Positions 18,696-28,142 of a DNA stretch of 64,000 nucleotides are shown here, one piece after another; the stretch's first letter is position 1; each line of letters begins with the position of its first letter. Made by a program: the position numbers and the translations under genes. Under the pieces are notes generated by a model. That model was not told the DNA's origin and made no database searches. It was given only the letters and a program-made list of their open reading frames with translations. Source of the DNA: Rickettsiales bacterium (GTDB taxonomy: Bacteria; Pseudomonadota; Alphaproteobacteria; Rickettsiales; G965195355); assembly GCA_965195355.1 (NCBI GenBank), contig OZ239627.1, positions 540,239-604,238 of the forward strand. The letters run 5' to 3'.

Positions 18696-19429
18696 CCTCC
18701 GTTGATGTGCAAGACTTGACCTGTGATATATTTTGCAGCGTCACTTGAAAGATAACATAGCATATTTGCTATATCTTTTACATCTCCTATGGATTTCATG
18801 GGAATTTCGCTCAAGATTGTATTTTGAATCGATTCTGAGAGTACTGCTGTCATATCTGTTTGAATAAAACCTGGAGCAACACAATTGATTCTTATTTTAC
18901 GAGCAGCAACTTCTCGAGCCATCGCTCGCATTAATCCTTCAAGTCCAGCCTTTGCAGAGCAATAATTCGCTTGACCTATATTTCCAATAGATGCGACTAT
19001 TGATGATATCATTGTAATAGAAGAAGAGTAGCGTTTATTCTTTAGCATAGATTTTATAGCAGTTTGCGCCAAAGTAAATTGAGATGTCAGATTTAACTTG
19101 ATGATATCATCAAAAGCATCTTGTTTCATGCGTATCATTAATCCATCTTTGGTTGCACCAGCGTTAAGAATTACAGAATCTATTTTTCCAAAATCTCTCT
19201 CTACTTGAGAATACATATCTGGAATATCTTGCGTATTTAATAAATCAAAACCCACAATATACACTCTATCTCCGTGTTGATCAGCTATTTCTTGCAATTT
19301 ATCCCTTCTACGAGCCAAAACTGCGACATGGGCACCAGCCTCTAGAAACATTTTTGCTGTTGCTGCTCCAATTCCCGAAGATGCTCCAGTGATCAATATG
19401 TATTTACCTGAGTAATCAAAATTTAACAT
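18680..19429 (-). CDS. fabG: 3-oxoacyl-ACP reductase
   Basis: TGASSGIG, NAGATKD, GQANYCSAKAG (YxxxK), VAPGFIQTDMT, GQVLHINGG. Confidence 0.96.
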   Translation of the reverse strand: MLNFDYSGKYILITGASSGIGAATAKMFLEAGAHVAVLARRRDKLQEIADQHGDRVYIVGFDLLNTQDIPDMYSQVERDFGKIDSVILNAGATKDGLMIRMKQDAFDDIIKLNLTSQFTLAQTAIKSMLKNKRYSSSITMISSIVASIGNIGQANYCSAKAGLEGLMRAMAREVAARKIRINCVAPGFIQTDMTAVLSESIQNTILSEIPMKSIGDVKDIANMLCYLSSDAAKYITGQVLHINGGLHLG

Positions 19430-20394
19430 TATATCGCCTCATTATATTTAACAATTAATTCTTTGATATCATTCATATCTCGTGTTTGATATGTATTGAT
19501 ATTTGGTATGATTTTTTTTACTAATCTTGATAGAATATTCCCCGGACCCACTTCAACAAATGTGCATTTTTCGATATCTATCAAGGCAGCAATTTTTAAT
19601 ATTGCCTGCTCCCAATACACAGGACTTGTCACTTGTTTAATCATTGTACTCCTGAGATCTTCTATGTCATCGATAAATTGACACGTTACGCATGACATGA
19701 ATGGATATTGTGGTTTTTGTATTTTAATATGAGTGAAAGCTTTTTTCATCTCATTTTCTGCTGATTCAATCATTTTACTATGAAAAGGGGCGCTTACATC
19801 TAATCTGATGATTCTTTTTGCAATTTTGTTTTCTCTAGAATAATTAATAATTTTATTAATTGCACTTGTTGATCCACTAATTACAAATTGCCCACCTCCG
19901 TTATAATTTGCAATCTCGCATTCATCCGACGCAATATTTTTTATGAGCTCTTCTATTGCAATTTGCGTTGCACCTAACAATGCAATCATACCACCTTGTC
20001 CGGCGGGTACTGCGGATTGCATACTATGCGCTCTGATATCTAGTAATTTAGTGGTATCTTCTAATGATATACTATTTGCGGCGCATAATGCGCTGTATTC
20101 TCCCAGGGAATGACCAATGATGCATTTAATTCTAGAGCGCGGAAAATTTTCCATTTCCATGGTTTTCCAAGATGCAATTGACGCTGCCATGATTGCTGGC
20201 TGTGTATTGCATGTGAGAGATAATTCTTCATGCGAGCCATTAAAAATTAGATCAGATAGAGGATTGTCTCTATTGAGAGTATCATCCACTGTCTCAAACA
20301 CATTGCGAGCTACTTCTGTTTTTGATTGTAGGTCACGACCCATGCCAATTTCTTGTGAGCCTTGACCGGGAAACATTAGAACAAATTCCTGCAT
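19429..20394 (-). CDS. fabD: Malonyl-CoA:ACP transacylase
   Basis: FPGQGSQ, TQPAI, GHSLGEYSAL, VSAPFHS, EVGPG; start taken at MQEFV (the ORF extends to 20415). Confidence 0.96.
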   Translation of the reverse strand: MQEFVLMFPGQGSQEIGMGRDLQSKTEVARNVFETVDDTLNRDNPLSDLIFNGSHEELSLTCNTQPAIMAASIASWKTMEMENFPRSRIKCIIGHSLGEYSALCAANSISLEDTTKLLDIRAHSMQSAVPAGQGGMIALLGATQIAIEELIKNIASDECEIANYNGGGQFVISGSTSAINKIINYSRENKIAKRIIRLDVSAPFHSKMIESAENEMKKAFTHIKIQKPQYPFMSCVTCQFIDDIEDLRSTMIKQVTSPVYWEQAILKIAALIDIEKCTFVEVGPGNILSRLVKKIIPNINTYQTRDMNDIKELIVKYNEAI

Positions 20395-20451
20395 TGTATT
20401 GTAAGTAATATGCAAGGATATTGTTCTATATCAAATAATGCAGGTCAATTA

Positions 20452-20772
20452 TCAAGGTTGATATTGCTGATTTATTAACGAGCTGTCAACAAATGTTGGT
20501 GAAGCACTAAGTTGTGCAGCATGAAATTCAGTTCCTGGTGTTTGGGAATATAATGTAGCACAGTCCAATAATCTAGCAGACGCTAGATATGTGGGCACAA
20601 ATACGCACAGTCCCGTAACTTTACTTAGAGTGCTATTCTCTGGAGCACCAAGACACTGTCCAAGTTGATCCAATGGAGCAAGAACGTAATTCAATACACA
20701 ACTGACACACTGTTTCATTGTTTTAAGAGACACTTTTGTTTCAGCGTTTGCTGGAGTATTAGGATCACCCAT
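20452..20772 (-). CDS. Small orphan protein with Cys-containing hydrophobic stretches
   Basis: 106 aa; own TTGACA promoter; GGT 5 nt before the ATG. Confidence 0.65.
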   Translation of the reverse strand: MGDPNTPANAETKVSLKTMKQCVSCVLNYVLAPLDQLGQCLGAPENSTLSKVTGLCVFVPTYLASARLLDCATLYSQTPGTEFHAAQLSASPTFVDSSLINQQYQP

Positions 20773-20793
20773 AAATTACCTGTATAAAAAATC

Positions 20794-20822
20794 CTTATAT
20801 ATTGAAATTCATTTTATGTCAA
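20794..20822 (-). promoter_or_regulatory. Putative sigma70 promoter for ORF 20772
   Basis: Minus strand TTGACA-17 nt-TATAAG. Confidence 0.6.
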
Positions 20823-20829
20823 TGCAAGA

Positions 20830-21990
20830 TTATCCAATGTTAAAAATCCTATCATATTCATTTGTTGCAAATCGATCTGTCATTCCTGCTATAAAATCAC
20901 ACACTGCACGCGCTTTGCTTTCTTTGGCTATTTCTGGCCATTCATCAGGTAAACATTCTGGCTCTTCATAAAAAAAATTGAACAATGAACCCACTATCTT
21001 TCTTGCTTGGCTCATCATTCTATTTACTTTATAATGCTTATATAACCTCTCATTTAAGAAGTCTCTTATGTTTTTATTATGTATTAATGCTTCTTCAGAA
21101 AATACACTGATTGGATCTGGACATTGTTGTATATCTTGTAATGTTTGAATGTAGTATTTTTTGAGATTTGAAATTGTAGAGTTATATACATCATTGATCA
21201 TAAATGTAATTAAGCGTCGCTTTGTTTCATACATAACTCTAGTATCAGGCAATTTTCCATGAATAGATTCAATTTCATCCATCATATCATGTACTAATGG
21301 AATTCCATCATGCAAATCTTGTAAAGAGAACAATTCTGCCTTCAATCCATCTTCGATATCATGCGCATTATAAGCGATATCATCCGCTAGAGATGCGATC
21401 TGAGATTCTAATCCTGGTTGCATGTTGATGTTGAGATTTTGATACGATTTGCTATATGATTCCAGATATCCATTTGGATTATCTGTTGGTCCATTATGCT
21501 TCGCTATTCCTTCGAGTACTTCCCAGGAAAGATTTAATCCATCAAAAGATGCATATCTCTTTTCGAGAGTAGTTACAATGCGTAAGGATTGAGCATTATG
21601 ATCAAATCCTCCATGATGCTTCATGTTATTACTTAGTGCGTTTTCACCGGCATGACCAAAGGGTGGATGTCCTATATCATGAGCTAATGCTATACTTTCT
21701 GTAAGATCTTCATCTATCATTAATTTTCGCGCTAAAGATCTTGCGACTTGAGCTACTTCTAATGTATGCGTTAAGCGAGTTCTATAATAATCTCCGACAT
21801 TATTTGGAAATACTTGAGTTTTGTATTCAAGCTTTCGAAATGCAGAAGAATGAATTATACTATCTCTATCCCTTTCAAATGGATTGCGTTTATCTTGAGA
21901 AATAGAGATGAACTTTGCTTGAGTATAATGTTGTATGATATTCAATCTACCAAGAGATTTTATGTGATTAGAGCTAAATGAAGATTTCAT
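20830..21990 (-). CDS. dgt: Deoxyguanosinetriphosphate triphosphohydrolase
   Basis: FERDRD.IIHS.AFRKLEYKTQV, RTRLTHTLEV, AHDIGHPPFGHAGE, DDIAY, DFIAGMTDRFA. Confidence 0.95.
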   Translation of the reverse strand: MKSSFSSNHIKSLGRLNIIQHYTQAKFISISQDKRNPFERDRDSIIHSSAFRKLEYKTQVFPNNVGDYYRTRLTHTLEVAQVARSLARKLMIDEDLTESIALAHDIGHPPFGHAGENALSNNMKHHGGFDHNAQSLRIVTTLEKRYASFDGLNLSWEVLEGIAKHNGPTDNPNGYLESYSKSYQNLNINMQPGLESQIASLADDIAYNAHDIEDGLKAELFSLQDLHDGIPLVHDMMDEIESIHGKLPDTRVMYETKRRLITFMINDVYNSTISNLKKYYIQTLQDIQQCPDPISVFSEEALIHNKNIRDFLNERLYKHYKVNRMMSQARKIVGSLFNFFYEEPECLPDEWPEIAKESKARAVCDFIAGMTDRFATNEYDRIFNIG

Positions 21991-22012
21991 ATTGCATTGT
22001 ATTGAATTAATA

Positions 22013-22041
22013 TTGACAGTAATACCATGTTCATCTATAAA
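22013..22041 (+). promoter_or_regulatory. Putative sigma70 promoter for erpA
   Basis: TTGACA-17 nt-TATAAA; argues that the true start is 22099, not 22027. Confidence 0.55.
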
Positions 22042-22098
22042 AACCTATTAAATAGTGAGATTATGCATTGTATGTTAAACATAGTTAATGGTTTTATT

Positions 22099-22590
22099 AT
22101 GAAAATTACCCAAGCGGCTGAGGATAGAATAAAACAATTATTAATGAATGAAAAAGAGAACGCTTTGTTTCGCGTTTCTGTCATTGGGGGCGGATGCTCT
22201 GGTTTTCAATATAGATTCACAATTGATTGGGATGATAATGGAGTGGGGTATGGAGATATCTCTGATATGGAGCAAGATGATCTTGAGCCAGATGATTTTT
22301 ATCGTGAAAAACAAGAAGACGAAGACGATGATGATGATGATACTCGTGATGATGATGATGTATTGATTGAGGATTTTGAGGATGATGCTTCTGAAGATGG
22401 AGAAAATGACAATATAATATTTAAAGCACGAGATAATATGACCAGGATAGTAATTTCTGATAAAAAATCCCTCTTATTTCTTGAGAATGCTACTCTTGAT
22501 TATATCAATTCTCTTGCGGGTTCGAAATTTAAAGTAATAAATCAAGAAGCCAAATCTGGATGTGGATGTGGTAATAGCTTTAGTATGTGA
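22099..22590 (+). CDS. erpA: Fe-S cluster insertion protein ErpA (HesB/IscA family) with a long acidic insertion
   Basis: MKITQAA..RI, FRVSVIGGGCSGFQY, LDY, GCGCGNSF; divergent from dgt, as commonly seen in alphaproteobacteria. Confidence 0.9.
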   Translation: MKITQAAEDRIKQLLMNEKENALFRVSVIGGGCSGFQYRFTIDWDDNGVGYGDISDMEQDDLEPDDFYREKQEDEDDDDDDTRDDDDVLIEDFEDDASEDGENDNIIFKARDNMTRIVISDKKSLLFLENATLDYINSLAGSKFKVINQEAKSGCGCGNSFSM

Positions 22591-22665
22591 TGTTATAAAC
22601 AAGAATTCATTTTAAATGAGTATTTATTGCCTTATAGTTGGTGTATTGAGAATTTTACGCCCTTC

Positions 22666-22830
22666 CTACGCAAGTACACATGCTGAAGCAAATATTAAGC
22701 TTGGGGCTATTTCAGAATTGTATGACGCCCGTAGGGCTGCATAGGTTAATACAGAAATGATTAGCACTTTTGCTTTATTCATCAGGGATAAGCGTTTGAA
22801 TTTGAATATGGCATCTTTACAGCGCTGCAT
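22666..22830 (-). CDS. Possible 54-aa small membrane protein (not in ORF track)
   Basis: MQRCKDAIFKFKRLSLMNKAKVLIISVLTYAALRASYNSEIAPSLIFASACVLA*; basic N-terminus and two hydrophobic lobes; fills the gap after prfB. Confidence 0.4.
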   Translation of the reverse strand: MQRCKDAIFKFKRLSLMNKAKVLIISVLTYAALRASYNSEIAPSLIFASACVLA

Positions 22831-22872
22831 AGAATATTCCACTATGAAATCACATATTATATGATCAAATCT

Positions 22873-23965
22873 TCAAATGTCTACCTTTGCAGATAAGGTT
22901 GCGTACATGAATTTATCCAGATCTCCGTCCATGACAGCCTGTATATTTCCAGTCTCATATCCAGTTCTCACGTCTTTGATCATTTGATACGGATGCATAA
23001 CATATGATCTGATTTGATGTCCCCATCCTATAGAGGGTTTATTTTCATGTTTTTTACATGCTTCTAATTCTTTTCTTTGTATTTCCAACTCGTATAATTT
23101 GGATTTTAACAATTTCATTGCGGTATCACGATTCTTATGTTGTGAGCGATCATTTTGACATTGTACAACAATACCACTGGGTATATGAGTAATTCTAATT
23201 GCACTTTCTGTTGTATTGACATGTTGTCCTCCAGCACCAGATGCACGATATCTGTCAATTCTGAGATCTTTTTCTTCTATGGCAATATCAATTTTATTAT
23301 CAATCATCGGAGATACCATAATGCTTGCAAAACTTGTATGTCTCTTTGCATTGGAATCAAATGGTGAAATCCGCACTAATCTATGAACGCCGCTTTCTGT
23401 TTTTAATAGGCCATAGGATTTTTTTCCTGATATTCTTATGTTTATTGATTTAATCCCCACTTCTTCTCCTGCGACTTTATCTAAAATCTCTATGGTGTAA
23501 TTGTGATGTATTTCTGCCCATCTAACATACATACGCATGAGCATTTCAGCCCAATCATTGCTTTCTGTTCCTCCAGCGCCGGATTGTATCTCTAAATAAC
23601 ATCCTCCGTTGTCATATTCACCAGAAAATAAACATTCAACTTTCAATTGCTCTGCGCGTTCTGATGTTGTTACTAGCAGAGTGTAAGCCTCTGAAAAGAA
23701 TTCATCATCTTTGTACAATTCGAGCAATTCAATTGATGATGCGTAATCATCATATAAGGATTCATACTGCACAATTGCAGATTCAACCTCAGATTTTTCT
23801 TGCAATATTTTTTTAGCGTTCTCTGGATTCGACCAAATATCCTCATTCTCCGATTCAGAAGATAAATGTTGTAGTTTAGTTTTTAATGAATCTAAGTCAA
23901 AGATATCTACGTATCAAAGAAAGAGATTTTTCAGTTTTTTGTATTATAGCATTAATATCTTCCAT
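22873..23965 (-). CDS. prfB: Peptide chain release factor 2 (programmed +1 frameshift after codon 22)
   Basis: MEDINAIIQKTEKSLSLIRRYL, then CTT-TGA-C, then +1 frame DLDSLK..., which joins ORF 22873-23805; SPF and GGQ motifs present. Confidence 0.96.
23896..23911 (-). promoter_or_regulatory. prfB +1 frameshift cassette lacking a canonical internal SD
   Basis: Minus strand reads CGTAGA TAT CTT TGA C. Confidence 0.9.
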
Positions 23966-24022
23966 ATATGGCACACATTCAGTGTAGCAATGATAACATA
24001 ATACTCACGATGATGCAATTTG

Positions 24023-25282
24023 CTATTGTTGTGAAAGTAAAAAATCTTCAATACTTATTAAATGTTTTATATTGGTAGATCTATTTTTTATTTCAATGAC
24101 ATTGTTTTGTGAGGTTTTAGTTCCAATGATAATCTGATAAGGTAAACCAATGAGATCCATGCGAGCGAATTTTTCTCCAGGGCGATCTGATGTATCATCG
24201 TAGAGTGCATCACATGCTGTATGTAATGTATCAGATATATTATTGCAAGTTTCACATTTTGTATTCAGATTAATGATGCCATACTTAAATGGTGCAATAC
24301 TTTCTGGCCAAATGATACCGAAATCATCATGATTCGCTTCGATTATTGCTGCTAATAGTCTAGATATGCCGATTCCATAGCACCCCATATGTAAATGCGA
24401 TGTTGTACCGCCACGAGTATGCACGGATGCATTCATTGTTTTGGAATATTTTGTACCAAGCTGAAACATATGCGCCACTTCAATTCCTTTTTTAATTTTG
24501 AGATTTTGTGTGGAGATTGAGCATGTATTGGGATTATGCATTTCATCTGATACAGCATAGACATTGTTCTTTAATATATCATTGGGGTTATCGAAATGAT
24601 CAATTGCTTTATCATAATATATTGTACTTTCCCCAGTATCGGAGAGAACATGAAATTCATGACTCATTGTACCCCCCATTGGTCCAGTATTGGCTGCGAC
24701 TGGAATGACTTTTAGTGATAGAGATGAAAAGATTTTAATATATGTATCAAACATCGTTTGATATGATGCAGAAGAGGAATTAGCATCAATGTCAAAACTA
24801 TACGCATCTTTCATTAAGAATTCTCTGCATCTCATCAATCCAAATCTTGGCCTTAATTCATCTCTAAATTTCCATTGTATTTGATATACATTCAACGGTA
24901 ATTGTTTGTAACTAGAAACAGCATTGCTTATAATGTGTGTAATTAATTCTTCATGAGTTGGTCCAAATAACATATCTCGACCGCTTCTGTCTTGCATTCT
25001 AAGCATTTCTTGTCCATAGTCATTGTATCTACCAGATTTCTTCCACAAATCCGCTGGTTGTATGCACGGCATAAGCATTTCTAGAGATGTGTGATCCATG
25101 TAATCTTTTACGATGTGCGATATTCGTTGTAGAACTTTTAATCCCAATGGCAAGAAAGAGTATATTCCACTCGATATTTGACGTACAATACCCGCTCTTA
25201 AAGCCAATGCATGAGATATAGCATCAACATCGGAATGTGTCTCTTTTAGAGTGTTAAGAAGATATTTAGAAATACGCATCAA
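24023..25282 (-). CDS. proS: Proline-tRNA ligase (short type, no editing insertion)
   Basis: SHALALRAG, GPTHEE, QWKFRDELRPRFGLMRCREFLMKDAYSF, GIEVAHMFQLGTKYS, MGCYGIGISRL. Confidence 0.97.
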   Translation of the reverse strand: MMRISKYLLNTLKETHSDVDAISHALALRAGIVRQISSGIYSFLPLGLKVLQRISHIVKDYMDHTSLEMLMPCIQPADLWKKSGRYNDYGQEMLRMQDRSGRDMLFGPTHEELITHIISNAVSSYKQLPLNVYQIQWKFRDELRPRFGLMRCREFLMKDAYSFDIDANSSSASYQTMFDTYIKIFSSLSLKVIPVAANTGPMGGTMSHEFHVLSDTGESTIYYDKAIDHFDNPNDILKNNVYAVSDEMHNPNTCSISTQNLKIKKGIEVAHMFQLGTKYSKTMNASVHTRGGTTSHLHMGCYGIGISRLLAAIIEANHDDFGIIWPESIAPFKYGIINLNTKCETCNNISDTLHTACDALYDDTSDRPGEKFARMDLIGLPYQIIIGTKTSQNNVIEIKNRSTNIKHLISIEDFLLSQQ

Positions 25283-25329
25283 CTCATCTACTAAAATACC
25301 ATCGTACAGAAACTAATGTTTTATACGAT

Positions 25330-26238
25330 TCAGTTGGCATGACCAATAGGATGTGAAGATCTAATTTGTTGATCTATATCATGAGACATAATATGTGTAT
25401 ATCGCTCTGTGGTGGCAACACTAGCGTGTCCAAGGATTTCTTGAATGATTCTAATATCTGCACCATTTGCAAGAGTTTGTGTGGCAAAAGAATGTCTCAA
25501 AGAATGAGGAGAGAGCCTATGAGATTCAATGCAAGCTGCAATTGCCAGCTTCTTTAGTGTCTGATCAAATCGCTGCCGTGTAAGGTGCTTTTCTTTTGAT
25601 TTACCTGAAAACACCCAAGCGGAACCCAAATAACCAAGATTGTTATCAGAAAAAGCACATGACAAATATTCTTTGAATGCAGAGATTGCGGTATCATGAA
25701 ATATTACAATTCTATCTTTCTTTCCTTTTCCAGATAACATGATATGTTTACGAGATTTGGACGATAAAATAGGTTGTACATGTGCTATTTTGAGCCCAAG
25801 AAGTTCAGATACTCTAATACCCGATGTATACATCATCAATATCATTGCTTTCAATCTTTTTGAGTGCAAACCCTGATCTTTTGATACAACATCAAGTATA
25901 TGCTTTAACTCTGATATAGAGAGGAATTTTGGCAACTGACTAAAATTCTTCGAAGGAAGTAAATTGACCGCTATACATCCGCTAGTGATGCCATCTCTAT
26001 ACAAAAAAGTTAGAAATTGTCTTAAAGTAGACGCTTTTCTGGTAATTGTAGCGTCGGAATTCTTGGAAAGAGAATTAACATAATCAACAACACAGCTCTG
26101 ATCAATTGTTCTGATATCAAATCCTGATCCTAAGTAATTAATGAAATCTGACAAATCATTTTTGTAACTATTAATCGTATTGTTAGATAATCCTCGTTCA
26201 CAAGCCAATTCTTCGAGAAAAAGTTGAGAGTATTCCAT
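25330..26238 (-). CDS. xerD: Tyrosine recombinase, XerD-like
   Basis: ERGLSNNTINSY, SGIRVSEL, GKGKKDR, SPHSLRHSFAT, LGHASVATTERYTH (R-K-HxxR-H-Y catalytic set). Confidence 0.88.
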   Translation of the reverse strand: MEYSQLFLEELACERGLSNNTINSYKNDLSDFINYLGSGFDIRTIDQSCVVDYVNSLSKNSDATITRKASTLRQFLTFLYRDGITSGCIAVNLLPSKNFSQLPKFLSISELKHILDVVSKDQGLHSKRLKAMILMMYTSGIRVSELLGLKIAHVQPILSSKSRKHIMLSGKGKKDRIVIFHDTAISAFKEYLSCAFSDNNLGYLGSAWVFSGKSKEKHLTRQRFDQTLKKLAIAACIESHRLSPHSLRHSFATQTLANGADIRIIQEILGHASVATTERYTHIMSHDIDQQIRSSHPIGHAN

Positions 26239-26247
26239 AAATAATCA

Positions 26248-26273
26248 ATATACTAGACATTAGTCTAGTATAT
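26248..26273. promoter_or_regulatory. Perfect inverted repeat over the xerD promoter
   Basis: atatactagac-atta-gtctagtatat; on the minus strand, TTGACT-16 nt-TAGACT places the -10 box on one arm. Confidence 0.6.
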
Positions 26274-26328
26274 CAAATTAACGAGTCAAGTAGAGTATTG
26301 CAATAGTGGCATTTATGCTACATGCATT

Positions 26329-28056
26329 TTAAGTATTATCAAATATACAACTCGCAATGTACGGTCTTTTTCCTATTGTATTTCTACAATATGTGAGAGT
26401 CATTTTGATGATTGCATTTTCTAGATTTTTATTTATGTTCTTTTGAGAATCTCTATTATCATCAAGATATTCACGAACGCAATGAGATATGCTTTCTTCT
26501 AGCCTATTAAGATTTTTTGAATCTTCTTGTGCATCCATACATCCAGGACATGAGACTTTTGTGAGTATTCGTTTTTTATTTGCTTTGGTATTATGAATAA
26601 ATATAGAAATAAAAATAGCACCACCATGCATCATGATATTGCGCGTAGAGATTATATCTCCGTGGCAATTCCTATATCTTTTTCCATCTTTAGCCAATGT
26701 TCTTGCAGTAAATGATCCTTGTTTTTCAACGCAATCTTTTGATACATGCACTATATCACCGCTTGATACCATCACTGTATGATGTTTGGGATTTGTGTTT
26801 AGCGATATCGCAATTTGCGCATTTGCAGAATTGTGTATTGTGGTGCCATGTTTAGGGAGAACGTATTTATGATTAACATCAGAATAAAGCTTCATAATGT
26901 CAGTTCTAGACGCATGTCCAGATACATGTACATTTGAATCATTATTCACAGTGACACCTCGACTCATCATTGTGTTAATCATTTTGTTTATTGATATTTC
27001 ATTTCCGGGTATTGTACGAGCTGAAAATATACATATATCATTTTTATCAAGATGTATGTATTCATGCTGATTATAAGCGATCTTGCTCATTGCGCTTCTT
27101 ATATCTCCTTGACATCCTGATGCAAGGATAATGGAATTGCTCATTTCTGATTCGCTTAGATTTCTTATTTTATCGTGCATTATAAATGTATAATCTTCCA
27201 ACATACCAGTTGTTTGTGCAGCGGAAACGTTATCAGATATAGATCTTCCACATAAAATAATATTCATATTGTGAGTTTTGGCGATATCAGAGCAGATTTG
27301 TATTCTTTCTATATTTGATGCAAACATAGTGATACAAACTTTATGGCCATTTCTATTGCGCACAATCTGATCTATAGCTAGAGATACATTGCTTTCATAT
27401 TGCACGGGATTATCACTACAAGCATTGGTAGAATCAGAAATTATCACATCTACTCCATCTTGCTTTAATTGATTGTATAATGCTGTGTTTTTACACATAA
27501 TAGCTTGATCTCCTCCAGATCTCCAATCACCTGTGCACAATATACTTGCATTTTCAGTGGTGATTTTTGTGGCAAATGATTGAGGAGTAGAGTGATATAC
27601 TTCAAAGAATTGAAATTTCATATTTGTGCTATGTTTTGTATCTCCATCTCTGATTATTCTGAATTCTAATTTTTCTAATAAAGACGCATCATCAAATGTT
27701 TTTTTTATTAAATTCATTGTAAATTCAGAAGTATACACTGGTATCTTAACAAGATTCATTAATGCATGAAATTGCTTAATAAATGGCTCCAGAGACCCTC
27801 TATGATCTTGATGAGCGTGAGTTATGATGATACATGAAAGCTTCGATAAATGAGCTTTCAACGTGGAAAAATCTGGGATCACGATATCGGTTCCAGGTAT
27901 ATCTTCACCAGAAAATCCTGCTCCGCAATCGAGCATAACTAGTTCATCATTAAACAAGAATAGCGAGCAATTCATACCAATTCCATTGTATGAACGATCT
28001 CCGCCTCCGATTCCCCCTAAGGGTATAAAATATAAATTATTGTGTTCGAATTTCAC
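26329..28056 (-). CDS. rnj: Ribonuclease J
   Basis: FIPLGG..IGMN, THAHQDH, TGDW, FASNIERI, IPGNE, HVSGH. Confidence 0.93.
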   Translation of the reverse strand: MKFEHNNLYFIPLGGIGGGDRSYNGIGMNCSLFLFNDELVMLDCGAGFSGEDIPGTDIVIPDFSTLKAHLSKLSCIIITHAHQDHRGSLEPFIKQFHALMNLVKIPVYTSEFTMNLIKKTFDDASLLEKLEFRIIRDGDTKHSTNMKFQFFEVYHSTPQSFATKITTENASILCTGDWRSGGDQAIMCKNTALYNQLKQDGVDVIISDSTNACSDNPVQYESNVSLAIDQIVRNRNGHKVCITMFASNIERIQICSDIAKTHNMNIILCGRSISDNVSAAQTTGMLEDYTFIMHDKIRNLSESEMSNSIILASGCQGDIRSAMSKIAYNQHEYIHLDKNDICIFSARTIPGNEISINKMINTMMSRGVTVNNDSNVHVSGHASRTDIMKLYSDVNHKYVLPKHGTTIHNSANAQIAISLNTNPKHHTVMVSSGDIVHVSKDCVEKQGSFTARTLAKDGKRYRNCHGDIISTRNIMMHGGAIFISIFIHNTKANKKRILTKVSCPGCMDAQEDSKNLNRLEESISHCVREYLDDNRDSQKNINKNLENAIIKMTLTYCRNTIGKRPYIASCIFDNT

Positions 28057-28142
28057 CTTACACCAAACAAAAAGATATTCTACAGTGTAAGAGTGAAATT
28101 ATCAAATAATATATCTTTAATAAATACCAATACAAATAAGAA

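Noticed and set aside
22027-22098. Longer N-termini given in the ORF track (erpA here; likewise thiL, rne, tsaD, fabD, terminase)
   Set aside because: They overlap predicted promoters or neighbouring genes, and family similarity begins at downstream ATGs.
23897-23899. prfB as a pseudogene
   Set aside because: The in-frame TGA lies in the canonical CTT TGA C programmed frameshift context.
25330-26238. Mobile-element integrase
   Set aside because: Length and the ERGLS.NT..SY N-terminus fit chromosomal XerD, and its neighbours are proS and rnj.
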